Origin: Bacteroidota bacterium
GTDB taxonomy: Bacteria > Bacteroidota > Ignavibacteria > UBA10030 > UBA6906
DNA: 64,000 nucleotides
Assembly: GCA_040756745.1 (NCBI GenBank)
Contig: JBFLYO010000007.1
Span: forward strand, 47,621-111,620
Direction: 5' to 3'
The notes under the pieces were generated by a model. The model made no database searches, had not been told where the DNA came from, and saw nothing but the letters and a program-made list of their open reading frames with translations. Positions 1 to 8,099 of this stretch are shown piece after piece. Within the stretch, counting starts at the first letter, position 1, and each line of letters begins with the position of its first letter. The position numbers and the translations under genes are program-made.

Positions 1-517
1 AGAAATCTCTGCGCGAGACCGGGTCGACTCCCGTCGTCGGCTCATCGAGGAAGATGATTCTGGGACGATGGATGAGCGTGCACGCAAGGGCGAGCTTCTG
101 CTTCATGCCTCCGGAGAGCTGCTCGGCAAGCCGGTGACGGAAGGGGGTCAGCCGGGTGAATTCGAGCAGTTCCTTACGCCGGTCCTTGTAGTCGAACACC
201 TCGTTTGTCTCCGAGAAGAATTCGATGTTCTCGTCCACCGTCAGGTCGCCGTAGAGACTGAAGCGCTGCGAGAGGTATCCAATCTCCTTCTTGATTTCAC
301 CCGATTTTTGTACGAGGTCGTGACCGAGAATGGTTGCCGTACCGGACGTCGGCGTCAGAAGGCCCGTCAGCATGCGGAACGTCGTCGTCTTGCCCGCACC
401 GTCGGGACCGACGATGCCGAACATCTCGCCCCGCCCGATCGTCAGCGTCAACCCGTCCACTGCGGTGAGGTTCCCGAACGTCCGGGTCAGTCGCTCTATT
501 TCTATGATCGGTGTCAT
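1..517 (-). CDS. ABC transporter ATP-binding protein (first ~172 codons; continues past the left edge)
   Basis: My own minus-strand translation from the ATG at 517 gives MTPIIEIERLTRTFGNLTAVDGLTLTIGRGEMFGIVGPDGAGKTT (Walker A), and RIIFLDEPTTGVDPVSRR (Walker B) at the edge. It is not in the ORF track because no stop lies in the window. ATGA overlap with the HlyD gene stop. Confidence 0.85.
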   Translation of the reverse strand, partial: MTPIIEIERLTRTFGNLTAVDGLTLTIGRGEMFGIVGPDGAGKTTTFRMLTGLLTPTSGTATILGHDLVQKSGEIKKEIGYLSQRFSLYGDLTVDENIEFFSETNEVFDYKDRRKELLEFTRLTPFRHRLAEQLSGGMKQKLALACTLIHRPRIIFLDEPTTGVDPVSRRDF

Positions 518-1443
518 GGTGTCCGCGTGCGGATGTCGATTGTCGCATCGGCCGGCATCCCGGGCTTGAGCAGTTGCTCTGGATTCGGGACTTCGATTTT
601 CACTCCGAACACCAGCCTCGTGCGATCGTCTTTGGTTTGCACATTCTTGGGGGTGAATTCCGCCTTGTCCGATATGTAGATGATCGTTCCCAAGAGCGGC
701 TTGTCCCGATACGCGTCGATGTACACTTGTGCCTCCTGGCCCAGCTTTATGGAGGCAAGCTCCACTTCGGAGACGTAGATCATCAGGTGGACTCTGTCCA
801 GGCGAGAGATGCGGAACAGCGAGCCATTCGGCATCACCATGTCCCCCGCTTCGACAGCTTTCTGCGTAACAACCCCTTGCATCGGCGCGACCACATTCGC
901 ATCGGAGAGCTTTTTTCGGGCCCCTTCGACCTGGGCGACGGCAAGGTCGCGCTTGGCGCGCGCCGCTTCGATTTCCTCGACACGCGAGCCGCGCTTCATC
1001 TTCTCGTATGCCTGCTGCGCAACGACGAACCTCGTTTGCGCATCGTCGAATTGCTTCCGTGCAATGCTGTGTGCTTTGTAGAGCTCGTCGGCGCGTTTCA
1101 GATCTTCCTGGGCGTTTCTGAAGGTTGCCTCCGCCTGCAGAATGTCTTCCGCGCGAAAACCCTTCAGGGTCAGCTTGTATTGCGCCTCGAGGGCTGCCGC
1201 GTTGGCCTCTGCCTGCTTGAGCTGGATGACGAGGTCCGTGCGATCGATCAGCGCGAGCGTGTCGTGCTTCCCGACCTCTGCCCCTTCGTCAACAAGCAGT
1301 TGCATGATCTCGCCACCCACCTTGGCGCTGACGGTCACTTCCGTGGTCTCGATGGTGCCGGAGGCTGTGATTTCTCTCTTTTCTTCGGTTGAGCAACCGA
1401 CGATGAGAAATGCGAGAATGAGTGTCGCTCCCAATTTCATCAT
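514..1443 (-). CDS. HlyD-family membrane-fusion (periplasmic adaptor) protein
   Basis: Track ORF 514..1542. Likely true start is MMKLGATLILAFLIVGCS (lipoprotein-like signal, AGAGGA 5 nt upstream). Long coiled-coil stretches and the C-terminal ..TPKNVQTKDDRTRLVFGVKIEV.. are typical of HlyD/EmrA adaptors. Confidence 0.85.
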   Translation of the reverse strand: MMKLGATLILAFLIVGCSTEEKREITASGTIETTEVTVSAKVGGEIMQLLVDEGAEVGKHDTLALIDRTDLVIQLKQAEANAAALEAQYKLTLKGFRAEDILQAEATFRNAQEDLKRADELYKAHSIARKQFDDAQTRFVVAQQAYEKMKRGSRVEEIEAARAKRDLAVAQVEGARKKLSDANVVAPMQGVVTQKAVEAGDMVMPNGSLFRISRLDRVHLMIYVSEVELASIKLGQEAQVYIDAYRDKPLLGTIIYISDKAEFTPKNVQTKDDRTRLVFGVKIEVPNPEQLLKPGMPADATIDIRTRTP

Positions 1444-1456
1444 GATATCCTCTGTG

Positions 1457-1603
1457 TTAGGTATTTGTACGCTTAACGATGGTGCGGCGGTGTTGCTGAC
1501 GATCTTGTTCCTGCTTGCGGTAGGCAAGTTCAGCGCCGGCATATGCCAGAAGAATCAATCCAGCCGTGAGCACCACGGTCCAGAGTATCACTGTACTCCA
1601 CAT
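1457..1603 (-). CDS. 48-aa single-pass membrane peptide, first cistron of the efflux operon
   Basis: Hand translation: MWSTVILWTVVLTAGLILLAYAGAELAYRKQEQDRQQHRRTIVKRTNT, stop TAA. GGAGG lies 8 nt upstream of the ATG. It ends 13 nt before the HlyD start. Below the ORF-track size cut-off. Confidence 0.5.
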   Translation of the reverse strand: MWSTVILWTVVLTAGLILLAYAGAELAYRKQEQDRQQHRRTIVKRTNT

Positions 1604-1640
1604 TGTCGTTTCCCTCCGTTGAATGGAATGTGATTTCCAT

Positions 1641-1660
1641 TAGGTCAAGCACCGTGCCAG
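1641..1660 (-). promoter_or_regulatory. sigma-54-type -24/-12 promoter candidate
   Basis: Minus strand reads CTGGCACGGTGCTTGAC, against the consensus YTGGCACGrNNNTTGCW. GG and spacing are correct, but the -12 element is TTGA instead of TTGC. It sits about 40 nt upstream of the small ORF and directly downstream of a sigma-54 activator gene. Confidence 0.4.
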
Positions 1661-1720
1661 GTCCGTGACTGCGGAAACAGGACGGAATCAACAACCTTGG
1701 GGACAACAAGGGGAGAGAAG

Positions 1721-1739
1721 TGCGAACGAATGGTTCGCA
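1721..1739. promoter_or_regulatory. perfect inverted repeat TGCGAAC-N5-GTTCGCA, candidate enhancer (UAS) site
   Basis: 7-bp perfect arms, centred about 95 nt upstream of the predicted sigma-54 start site, in the 1604-1815 spacer. Confidence 0.4.
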
Positions 1740-1815
1740 GGAGGATTTCCGATTTGGCGGAAAGCTATTGAAGGATCAACGGTTGCGGGGGCGAGCAGAA
1801 GGAACGCAGCACAGC

Positions 1816-3225
1816 TTACCCGGCCGAAAGCAGTTCAGGCGCCTTTAATCCCAGCTCTTTCATCTTGTTCTGCAGCAGTCGCCGGTCCATCCCCAGCGCA
1901 CGTGCAGTATGCGACACGTTCCAGCGATTGTTTCGCAGTCCCTCAAGAACGAAGTTGCGTTCAAGTTCTCTCATGTAGTCGTCCTTGAGCTTCTTCTTTG
2001 CTGAGAGAAAGGCCTGGTATGAGGTCGGGAGCGATTCCGATTCACCCGAGCCCGTGAGATGCAAATCAGAAGGAAGATCATCGATCGTGACGTAGTCCCC
2101 GCCTGCGCCTACCATCGCGCGCACGACGATGTTTTCCAGTTCGCGCACATTGCCCGGCCATCGATGGGATTTCATGTATGTCAGCGCGTTTGGCTCGAAG
2201 CCCTTCAGATCTTTCCCGATTTCGTTCTTATGCTTCACCAGGAAGTGCTGGGCGAGCAACGGGATGTCTTCTGTACGTTCGCGCAACGGCGGGAGCTGAA
2301 CACTGACGACGTTCAACCGGTAATACAGGTCGCTCCGGAAGCGATGAGCTTCGACCTCCGCGCGCAGCGTCCGGTTTGTGGCGGCGACGATGCGTACGTC
2401 GAGCGCAATGGCTTCGCTCCCTCCGACCCGGACGATGACCTGATCTTCCAGTGCGCGCAACAGCTTCACCTGCAGGTCGAGCGGAAGCTCGCCGATTTCG
2501 TCAAGGAAAAGGGTGCCGCCGTGCGCCTGCTCGAACTTGCCGATCCGCCGGGCGGTCGCTCCAGTGAAGGCGCCTTTCTCGTTTCCGAAGAATTCGCTTT
2601 CCAACAATTCGCGCGGGATGGCTCCGCAGTTCACAGCAACAAACGACTGCGATGCGCGCGGGCTTGCGGAATGTATCGCTCGTGCGATAAGCTCTTTCCC
2701 CGTCCCGGTTTCCCCCTCAATCAACACCGTGAATGTTGTCCCCGCGATCTGCTGGACGCTGTCCAGGATCGCCTGCATTCTCGCGCTTGCCGTAACGATT
2801 GCACTGCTGCCCGCGAGGGTCTGCAATTGTATCCGCAGCCGTTCGTTCTCGCGGGCAAGGCGTGCGTGCTGCGCCGCACGCGTGAGCGCAAGGTCGAGCT
2901 GGTCAAGGTTCACCGGCTTCACCACATAGTCAAATGCCCCTTCCTTCATCATGGCAACGGCATTCTCAATCGTTCCGAACGCCGTCATGATGATGACCGG
3001 AACCGGGCGATCCAGCTTCCTCACTTCACGCAACACCGCAGCGCCGTCGATGTCAGGCATTTTCAGATCTGTGACGACGATATCGACGGGGCGCTTCCGC
3101 AGCAGCTCAAGCGCCGCACCTCCGTTTTCGGCAAGGTGGAGTTCGTACGTCTGCTGCAGGTTCACTTCGAGGATACGCCGTGTCTTTTCCTCGTCGTCGG
3201 CAATCAACAGATGCAGTTTGCTCAT
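1816..3225 (-). CDS. sigma-54-dependent two-component response regulator (NtrC/AtoC family)
   Basis: Receiver domain (LLIADDE..VVTDLKMPDIDG), AAA+ core with GETGTGKE and the GAFTGA loop (EKGAFTGATA), and a C-terminal Fis-type HTH. Confidence 0.9.
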   Translation of the reverse strand: MSKLHLLIADDEEKTRRILEVNLQQTYELHLAENGGAALELLRKRPVDIVVTDLKMPDIDGAAVLREVRKLDRPVPVIIMTAFGTIENAVAMMKEGAFDYVVKPVNLDQLDLALTRAAQHARLARENERLRIQLQTLAGSSAIVTASARMQAILDSVQQIAGTTFTVLIEGETGTGKELIARAIHSASPRASQSFVAVNCGAIPRELLESEFFGNEKGAFTGATARRIGKFEQAHGGTLFLDEIGELPLDLQVKLLRALEDQVIVRVGGSEAIALDVRIVAATNRTLRAEVEAHRFRSDLYYRLNVVSVQLPPLRERTEDIPLLAQHFLVKHKNEIGKDLKGFEPNALTYMKSHRWPGNVRELENIVVRAMVGAGGDYVTIDDLPSDLHLTGSGESESLPTSYQAFLSAKKKLKDDYMRELERNFVLEGLRNNRWNVSHTARALGMDRRLLQNKMKELGLKAPELLSAG

Positions 3226-5348
3226 TGGCGAATTCCGGCAATGGGAAGTTCAATGGAGAACGTCGTTCCACCGGTCCCGGACACGAACGAGATCTCCCCT
3301 CCGATGGCGTGGACCATCATGTAGACGATGGGGAGGCCCAGCCCTGTCCCCGCCTGTTTTGTCGTGTAGAACGGGTCGAAGATTTTCGTGTGAAACTCGG
3401 GCGGGATCCCCCCTCCCGTGTCTCGTACCGCGACCACAATGCGTTCGTCCCTGCGGCCGGCCGTGAGCACAAGCTCTCCGCCGCCGGTCATCGCCTCGAC
3501 AGCGTTCAGCCCAAGGTTCATCAAGGCGCGTTCGAGGTGCCGGGGCGACGTGGTAACCGGAGGCAGCGATTCGCAGATCTCTTTCCGGATGCGGACCCCT
3601 GAGGCATCGCCCCGGGGCTGAAGCGCCGCCATGACGTTGTCGATTACTTCGACGAGGTTCACTTCCTCCCACACGGGCGTGTGGGGTTTGGCAAACTGGA
3701 GGAATTCCTCCACGGTGCGGTTGAGTCGATCAGTTTCTTCCAGAATGTATCTCCCTGTTTCCTGATGCAGCTTGCCATTGTCGGGGTTCCTGAGAATCGT
3801 CTGCGCCGAGGTTGCGATGATGTTTAGAGGATTGCGAAATTCATGCGCAATGCCGGCAGTCAGTCTCCCCAGCGCCGCCAGTTTTTCGTTTTGCGCCGCG
3901 CGGAGCTCCTCGGCACGCATCCGTTCTAATAAGCGATTTCGCTCGACACCCAATGCGACTTCGTTGGCAAAGACGGCAAGGAATTCCTCGTCATCGAAGG
4001 TGTATGGCCGGGAGGATTTCTTCGGGCCGACCAGCAGCATTCCGACCGGTCCCTTTTCGCCCAGCAGAGGAACAAGATAGCCGCCGGTAAAGGGCTCAAG
4101 CGTCCCCTTTTGCTCCTCTGCGCATGCCCTTAAGACCTCGGCGACTTCGCGCGGTTTATGGTCGTCGGCCAGGAGCCGCATCAGATCGTCATCGAATCGG
4201 AGGGTCTGATGCGGTGGCAGGACGCCAGGCATTGTCCTCACTTCCTCCCCCGCAACCAGGATGATGCCATCAGAGGCCGAGAGCGTCTCCATCAGAAACT
4301 TCCGTACCGCTGCCGCTAGCTCGGGCAGGCTTGTGATATGGAAGAGAGCCCGGGAGAAACGGATGAACTGCTGGCGGCGGCGGAACATGCTTTGCGAGAA
4401 GAGATTCTCCACCAGTGATTGGATCCGAACGATGAGCGGTCGGAACGCGAGCGCAAGCAGCAGGATCAGCAGAACTTCCAGCACAACCGAATCCACGTCG
4501 AGTTGTTTCCCCAAGGTCTCCGAAATGTTCTTAATGACAATGAGGTAGAACGCGAAGATCAGTCCCGTCACAACGGAATACGCGAGGCCCTGTTTGCCGA
4601 GCCGGCGGAGAACGAGGAGGCGGTTGCCGAGCACAGCGTAGGCGAACGAGACACTGATCAGCAGGAAGAGGATTCTCGAGGCATAGAAATGCACGGCCTC
4701 GTGGTGACGCAGCACATCGAGCAGAATGACGAGCACGGCGAAACCGACCGTGCCGAGCAGGATCGTGCCGATCCGGTATCGTTCCTTTCGTACCTGCGTC
4801 CCCCTGAGTTGAACAACCAAGTTGCCGACCCCCCAGGAAAGATGACCGAGCACCGTTGCAAACATTGCCGCGTCGAGCACACCGCCAGAGGTATTCACAA
4901 CATAACAGTAGACCCCCTGCGCCGTGAAGCGGTGGAGCTCAAGCGGCTGGAAAAGACCAAGACCCGCGAGGATCGAGAACAGGAGCGGGAGGACGAGGAA
5001 GAGGGGCCGGACCGGCAGACGGTCGAACCGGGAGTGAATCGAGCAGGGGAACGAAAACGAAAGGAGGAGGAAGAACGTGGAGGCGAACAGCAGGGCTGCG
5101 ACCATGATCGCGCCCCCGATGGCGGCGGAATCCGGGGTGGAGCTATTCACCACGACAACATCGGCGACCCCCCAAAGAGCGAAGCAGAAGATGAGCAGGG
5201 CGAATAGTCTGTGGGCGCGGCTCCTGAGGTTGTCGAGGAGGACGATGATGACGAGCGAAATGTTGATTCCGATCGTCAGCAACGAAGGCAGTGAATATGA
5301 CGACAAGAGAAGGTCCTCCGCTGGTGCCTCTTGACACAAAGGTACCAA
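3222..5348 (-). CDS. membrane sensor histidine kinase (multi-TM N-terminus, GAF-like middle, HisKA/HATPase_c)
   Basis: H-box AHEFRNPLN and G-boxes DTGGGIP and GTGLGL. About 8 hydrophobic segments at the N-terminus. ATGA overlap with the regulator gene. Confidence 0.85.
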   Translation of the reverse strand: MVPLCQEAPAEDLLLSSYSLPSLLTIGINISLVIIVLLDNLRSRAHRLFALLIFCFALWGVADVVVVNSSTPDSAAIGGAIMVAALLFASTFFLLLSFSFPCSIHSRFDRLPVRPLFLVLPLLFSILAGLGLFQPLELHRFTAQGVYCYVVNTSGGVLDAAMFATVLGHLSWGVGNLVVQLRGTQVRKERYRIGTILLGTVGFAVLVILLDVLRHHEAVHFYASRILFLLISVSFAYAVLGNRLLVLRRLGKQGLAYSVVTGLIFAFYLIVIKNISETLGKQLDVDSVVLEVLLILLLALAFRPLIVRIQSLVENLFSQSMFRRRQQFIRFSRALFHITSLPELAAAVRKFLMETLSASDGIILVAGEEVRTMPGVLPPHQTLRFDDDLMRLLADDHKPREVAEVLRACAEEQKGTLEPFTGGYLVPLLGEKGPVGMLLVGPKKSSRPYTFDDEEFLAVFANEVALGVERNRLLERMRAEELRAAQNEKLAALGRLTAGIAHEFRNPLNIIATSAQTILRNPDNGKLHQETGRYILEETDRLNRTVEEFLQFAKPHTPVWEEVNLVEVIDNVMAALQPRGDASGVRIRKEICESLPPVTTSPRHLERALMNLGLNAVEAMTGGGELVLTAGRRDERIVVAVRDTGGGIPPEFHTKIFDPFYTTKQAGTGLGLPIVYMMVHAIGGEISFVSGTGGTTFSIELPIAGIRQ

Positions 5349-5405
5349 GGGATTCGATGGATATCAAATCGCGAATGGAGCTGCTGTTCTGAGTCATCGG
5401 AGTTC

Positions 5406-5493
5406 AGAAGATAACCGCAAAGGCGCGAAGGGCGCAATGGAAGATTCCCTCTCTGCGTCCTCGGCGCCCACCTGGCGACCTTTGCGTTTATCT
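5406..5493. repeat. hairpin formed by two inverted GATAACCGCAAAGG-type units
   Basis: AGAAGATAACCGCAAAGGCGCGAAGG (5406-5432) and its imperfect reverse complement GCGACCTTTGCGTTTATCT (about 5475-5493). A third unit lies at 9848-9874. Confidence 0.6.
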
Positions 5494-5495
5494 CC

Positions 5496-5603
5496 TACGC
5501 CCGCGCAAAGAGGCCGATCTTCGTGATCGCCGTCTTCAGCAGCTCCTCCCCCGCTCCATCCAGCCGACAAAACTGCCTGATCTCGCGGGTCTGCGTCGAT
5601 TGG
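5496..5603 (-). pseudogene. orphan fragment of the comM/yifB 3' region
   Basis: 74/74 nt with one mismatch to 10689-10762 inside the intact comM. It translates to ..[31 protein letters not shown] then a stop. No flanking comM sequence. Confidence 0.75.
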
Positions 5604-5775
5604 TCAAGGATTGCACGTTGGGAAGGGGGGACTGCAAGTCAGCCCAGAGGCCGGCGGCTCGCCTGGCACTGCTCGTTGACAACTTACATCTTGGAACGGG
5701 ATGCGGCGGCCTGAGCCCGGGTTCAGCCCCAATCGCAGCACTTCAGTCTTTCAACGACGTTTTGTATAATGGGGC

Positions 5776-6459
5776 ATGCACATCCTGATAGTTGAAGATC
5801 AAAGGAAGGTAGCCAACGCTTTGGCAGACGGCCTGCGGCGTGATGGCTTCAAAGTGACGCTCGCAACTGATGGAGAGGAAGGTTTCTTTCTCCTGAACTC
5901 AAGTAGGGTCGATCTTCTCGTTCTGGACCTTGGGCTTCCGAAGCGTGATGGCATCGAGATTCTCCGGACAATGAGACAAAGAAGGATCAACATTCCAGTC
6001 ATGGTACTTACTGCCCGTGACTCCGTCGAAGATCGGGTTCTCGGTCTCGAAAGTGGAGCTGATGACTACCTGGTGAAGCCATTTGCTTTCCCGGAACTGC
6101 TTGCCAGAGTACATGCTCTTCTGAGAAGAACCAAGGAACAGAATGAAACGACGTTGACTATCGGTGATCTTGCATTGGATCTGAAGACTCGCAGAGCAAC
6201 CCGTGGACCGCACCCTCTTTCACTCACAGCCAAGGAACTGGAGCTCTTGGAATACCTCTTGCGAAGCAAGAACAGTGTTGTCTCAAGAGAGATGATTGTT
6301 CGCGATGTGTGGCATGCAACTGAACGGGCTACACCTCTTGACAATGTGATCGATGTTCACATCGCCCATCTCAGAAAGAAGATCGACGGTCCCTTCGAAC
6401 TCAAGCTTCTCCACACCTTGAGGGGAGTAGGATTCATGGTGAGTCTGATGAAACCATGA
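5776..6459 (+). CDS. OmpR-family response regulator, heavy-metal (CusR/CopR/CzcR) type
   Basis: Receiver domain plus winged helix. Contains ..DYLVKPFAFPELLARVHALLRR.. and ..DNVIDVHIAHLRKKID....LHTLRGVGFMV, as in heavy-metal regulators. Confidence 0.85.
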   Translation: MHILIVEDQRKVANALADGLRRDGFKVTLATDGEEGFFLLNSSRVDLLVLDLGLPKRDGIEILRTMRQRRINIPVMVLTARDSVEDRVLGLESGADDYLVKPFAFPELLARVHALLRRTKEQNETTLTIGDLALDLKTRRATRGPHPLSLTAKELELLEYLLRSKNSVVSREMIVRDVWHATERATPLDNVIDVHIAHLRKKIDGPFELKLLHTLRGVGFMVSLMKP

Positions 6460-7856
6460 GACTTGCCGGGCTTCGTCATATCCGTTTCCGATTGGCCCTC
6501 TGGAGCATCCTCGTGTTTGGGGGGATCCTCGTCTTGTATGCATCCGGAACGTCGTGGTTCTTCCTCAAGACTCTGAATGACCAACTGGATGCAAGCCTGA
6601 AGGAAGACTTGGAACTGGTCGACCAAATGCTGGTGCATTCGGTGGAGGGAGGGGCACCCATCGACATTCATGGCGAGAATATCAACGAGCTTGAACGCTT
6701 CCTGGAAATATGGTCGATGGATGGTCAGCTCATCTATCGAAGCAAGACCCTCGGAGCGCATGCGCTAGGTCCCGCGCCTGACACCACGGGTGTGGGCACA
6801 ACCACACGAATCCACTCACACACACTCTCGGACGGAACTCAACTGAGGGTTGCCGAAAAGCTCCATTTCCACGGAGCAGCCCATAGACTGATTCGCCTGG
6901 GGGTGAGCGAAGAGGGACACTTCTCGAATGTCAATCGGTTCGTGAGGCTGATCTTGATTGGTATTCCAGTCGCGCTGCTCCTCGTGAGCGTCAGTGCCTA
7001 CTGGATGGCGCGAGGAGCGCTAAGACCCATTGACGTCATGGCGTCTGCGGCAAGACGCATGGGAACCTCCGACTTGTCCGAGCGGATTCCTGTCAGGAAT
7101 CCCGATGACGAGCTCGGCCGCCTGGCCTCAGCATTTAACGAGCTTCTCGCAAGGATACAGAAGTCGTACGATCAGCTCAAGCGATTCACATCCGATGCCT
7201 CACATCAGCTTCGAACGCCGTTGACTGCGATGAGAAGTGTTGGCGAAGTAGGACTGCAAGTCGGTCGGTCAGCAGAAGAGTACCGTGAAGTCGTGGGCAG
7301 TATGCTTGAAGAGAGCACACGGTTAACCAAGTTGGTCGACAGCCTGCTGTTTCTGACGCGTGCAGATGCCGGAAAGCACCGCCTGAATGTGGATCGACTT
7401 GACCTCCTGGAATACGTGAGGGAGACAACCGACCTGTTGGGCGTCCTCGCCGATGATAAGCATCAGCAGATGAGGGTTGATGGGAAGCCTGGTATCATGA
7501 TCCGTGCGGATCGGTCGTTGCTCTGCCAGGCGCTATTGAACCTCGTCGACAATGCGATCAAGTTCACTCCTGAAGGGGGAAGTATTGCAATTCGTGTCGG
7601 AGTGAATGGCGCCCAACAGGCGTTCGTGGATGTCGTCGATTCCGGTCCAGGGATTTCACCGGAGCACCTCGAGAGCATTTTCGAAAGATTCTTTCGTGCT
7701 GACAAAAGCAACAGTCCGGGGGCAGGTCTTGGGTTAGCTGTCGCCAGATGGGCGGTTGAAGCACATGGCGGCACGATCACCGTAGAGAGTAACCAGGGTT
7801 CTGGCTCCGCATTTCACGTTGTCCTGCCACTCGACCCACGCCTTACGAAACCTTAA
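6456..7856 (+). CDS. heavy-metal-type sensor histidine kinase (CusS/CopS-like)
   Basis: Two TM segments flank a periplasmic domain, followed by HAMP, H-box FTSDASHQLRTPLTAM, DSGPGISPE and GAGLGLAV. ATGA overlap with the regulator gene. Confidence 0.85.
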   Translation: MRLAGLRHIRFRLALWSILVFGGILVLYASGTSWFFLKTLNDQLDASLKEDLELVDQMLVHSVEGGAPIDIHGENINELERFLEIWSMDGQLIYRSKTLGAHALGPAPDTTGVGTTTRIHSHTLSDGTQLRVAEKLHFHGAAHRLIRLGVSEEGHFSNVNRFVRLILIGIPVALLLVSVSAYWMARGALRPIDVMASAARRMGTSDLSERIPVRNPDDELGRLASAFNELLARIQKSYDQLKRFTSDASHQLRTPLTAMRSVGEVGLQVGRSAEEYREVVGSMLEESTRLTKLVDSLLFLTRADAGKHRLNVDRLDLLEYVRETTDLLGVLADDKHQQMRVDGKPGIMIRADRSLLCQALLNLVDNAIKFTPEGGSIAIRVGVNGAQQAFVDVVDSGPGISPEHLESIFERFFRADKSNSPGAGLGLAVARWAVEAHGGTITVESNQGSGSAFHVVLPLDPRLTKP

Positions 7857-8099
7857 GCAAGTCTTCAGGAAGACTTAAGTTGAACTCCTAGACTATTCTC
7901 AGATACCTTCTCTTGGTTGGTGTGGTCCGAGAAGCGTATCGGCAGCACCCACGTCCTACCGCTCTGGCCTCCAGAATATATGTACGCATTGTTGGGGAGC
8001 GAAGGTGGAACAACGCCAATCGGAAGCTCCAACCTCAGCTGCCTTCCTGCTCATTCCATCAATCGCATAACTTCCCAGATCAGACCAAGGAGCAAGCTC

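Noticed and set aside
5663-5680. Second CTGGCAC...TTGAC motif (plus strand, upstream of the CusR-like gene) as a sigma-54 promoter
   Set aside because: The GG to -12 spacing is one nt too long (N6 instead of N5), and the -12 element is again TTGA. OmpR-type operons are not expected to be sigma-54 dependent. The TTGACA part could equally be a sigma-70 -35 box, but I found no matching -10.
5523-5714. 63-aa plus-strand ORF in the spacer upstream of the CusR-like gene
   Set aside because: It is simply the antisense reading of the orphan comM fragment. It has no RBS and no coding features.
7851-7880. Hairpin CTTAAGCAAGTCTTC-AGG-AAGACTTAAG overlapping the CusS-like stop codon, as a terminator
   Set aside because: It is AT-rich with a very small loop and no downstream U-tract. 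The cytochrome gene follows in the same orientation, so it may be an operator or have no function.
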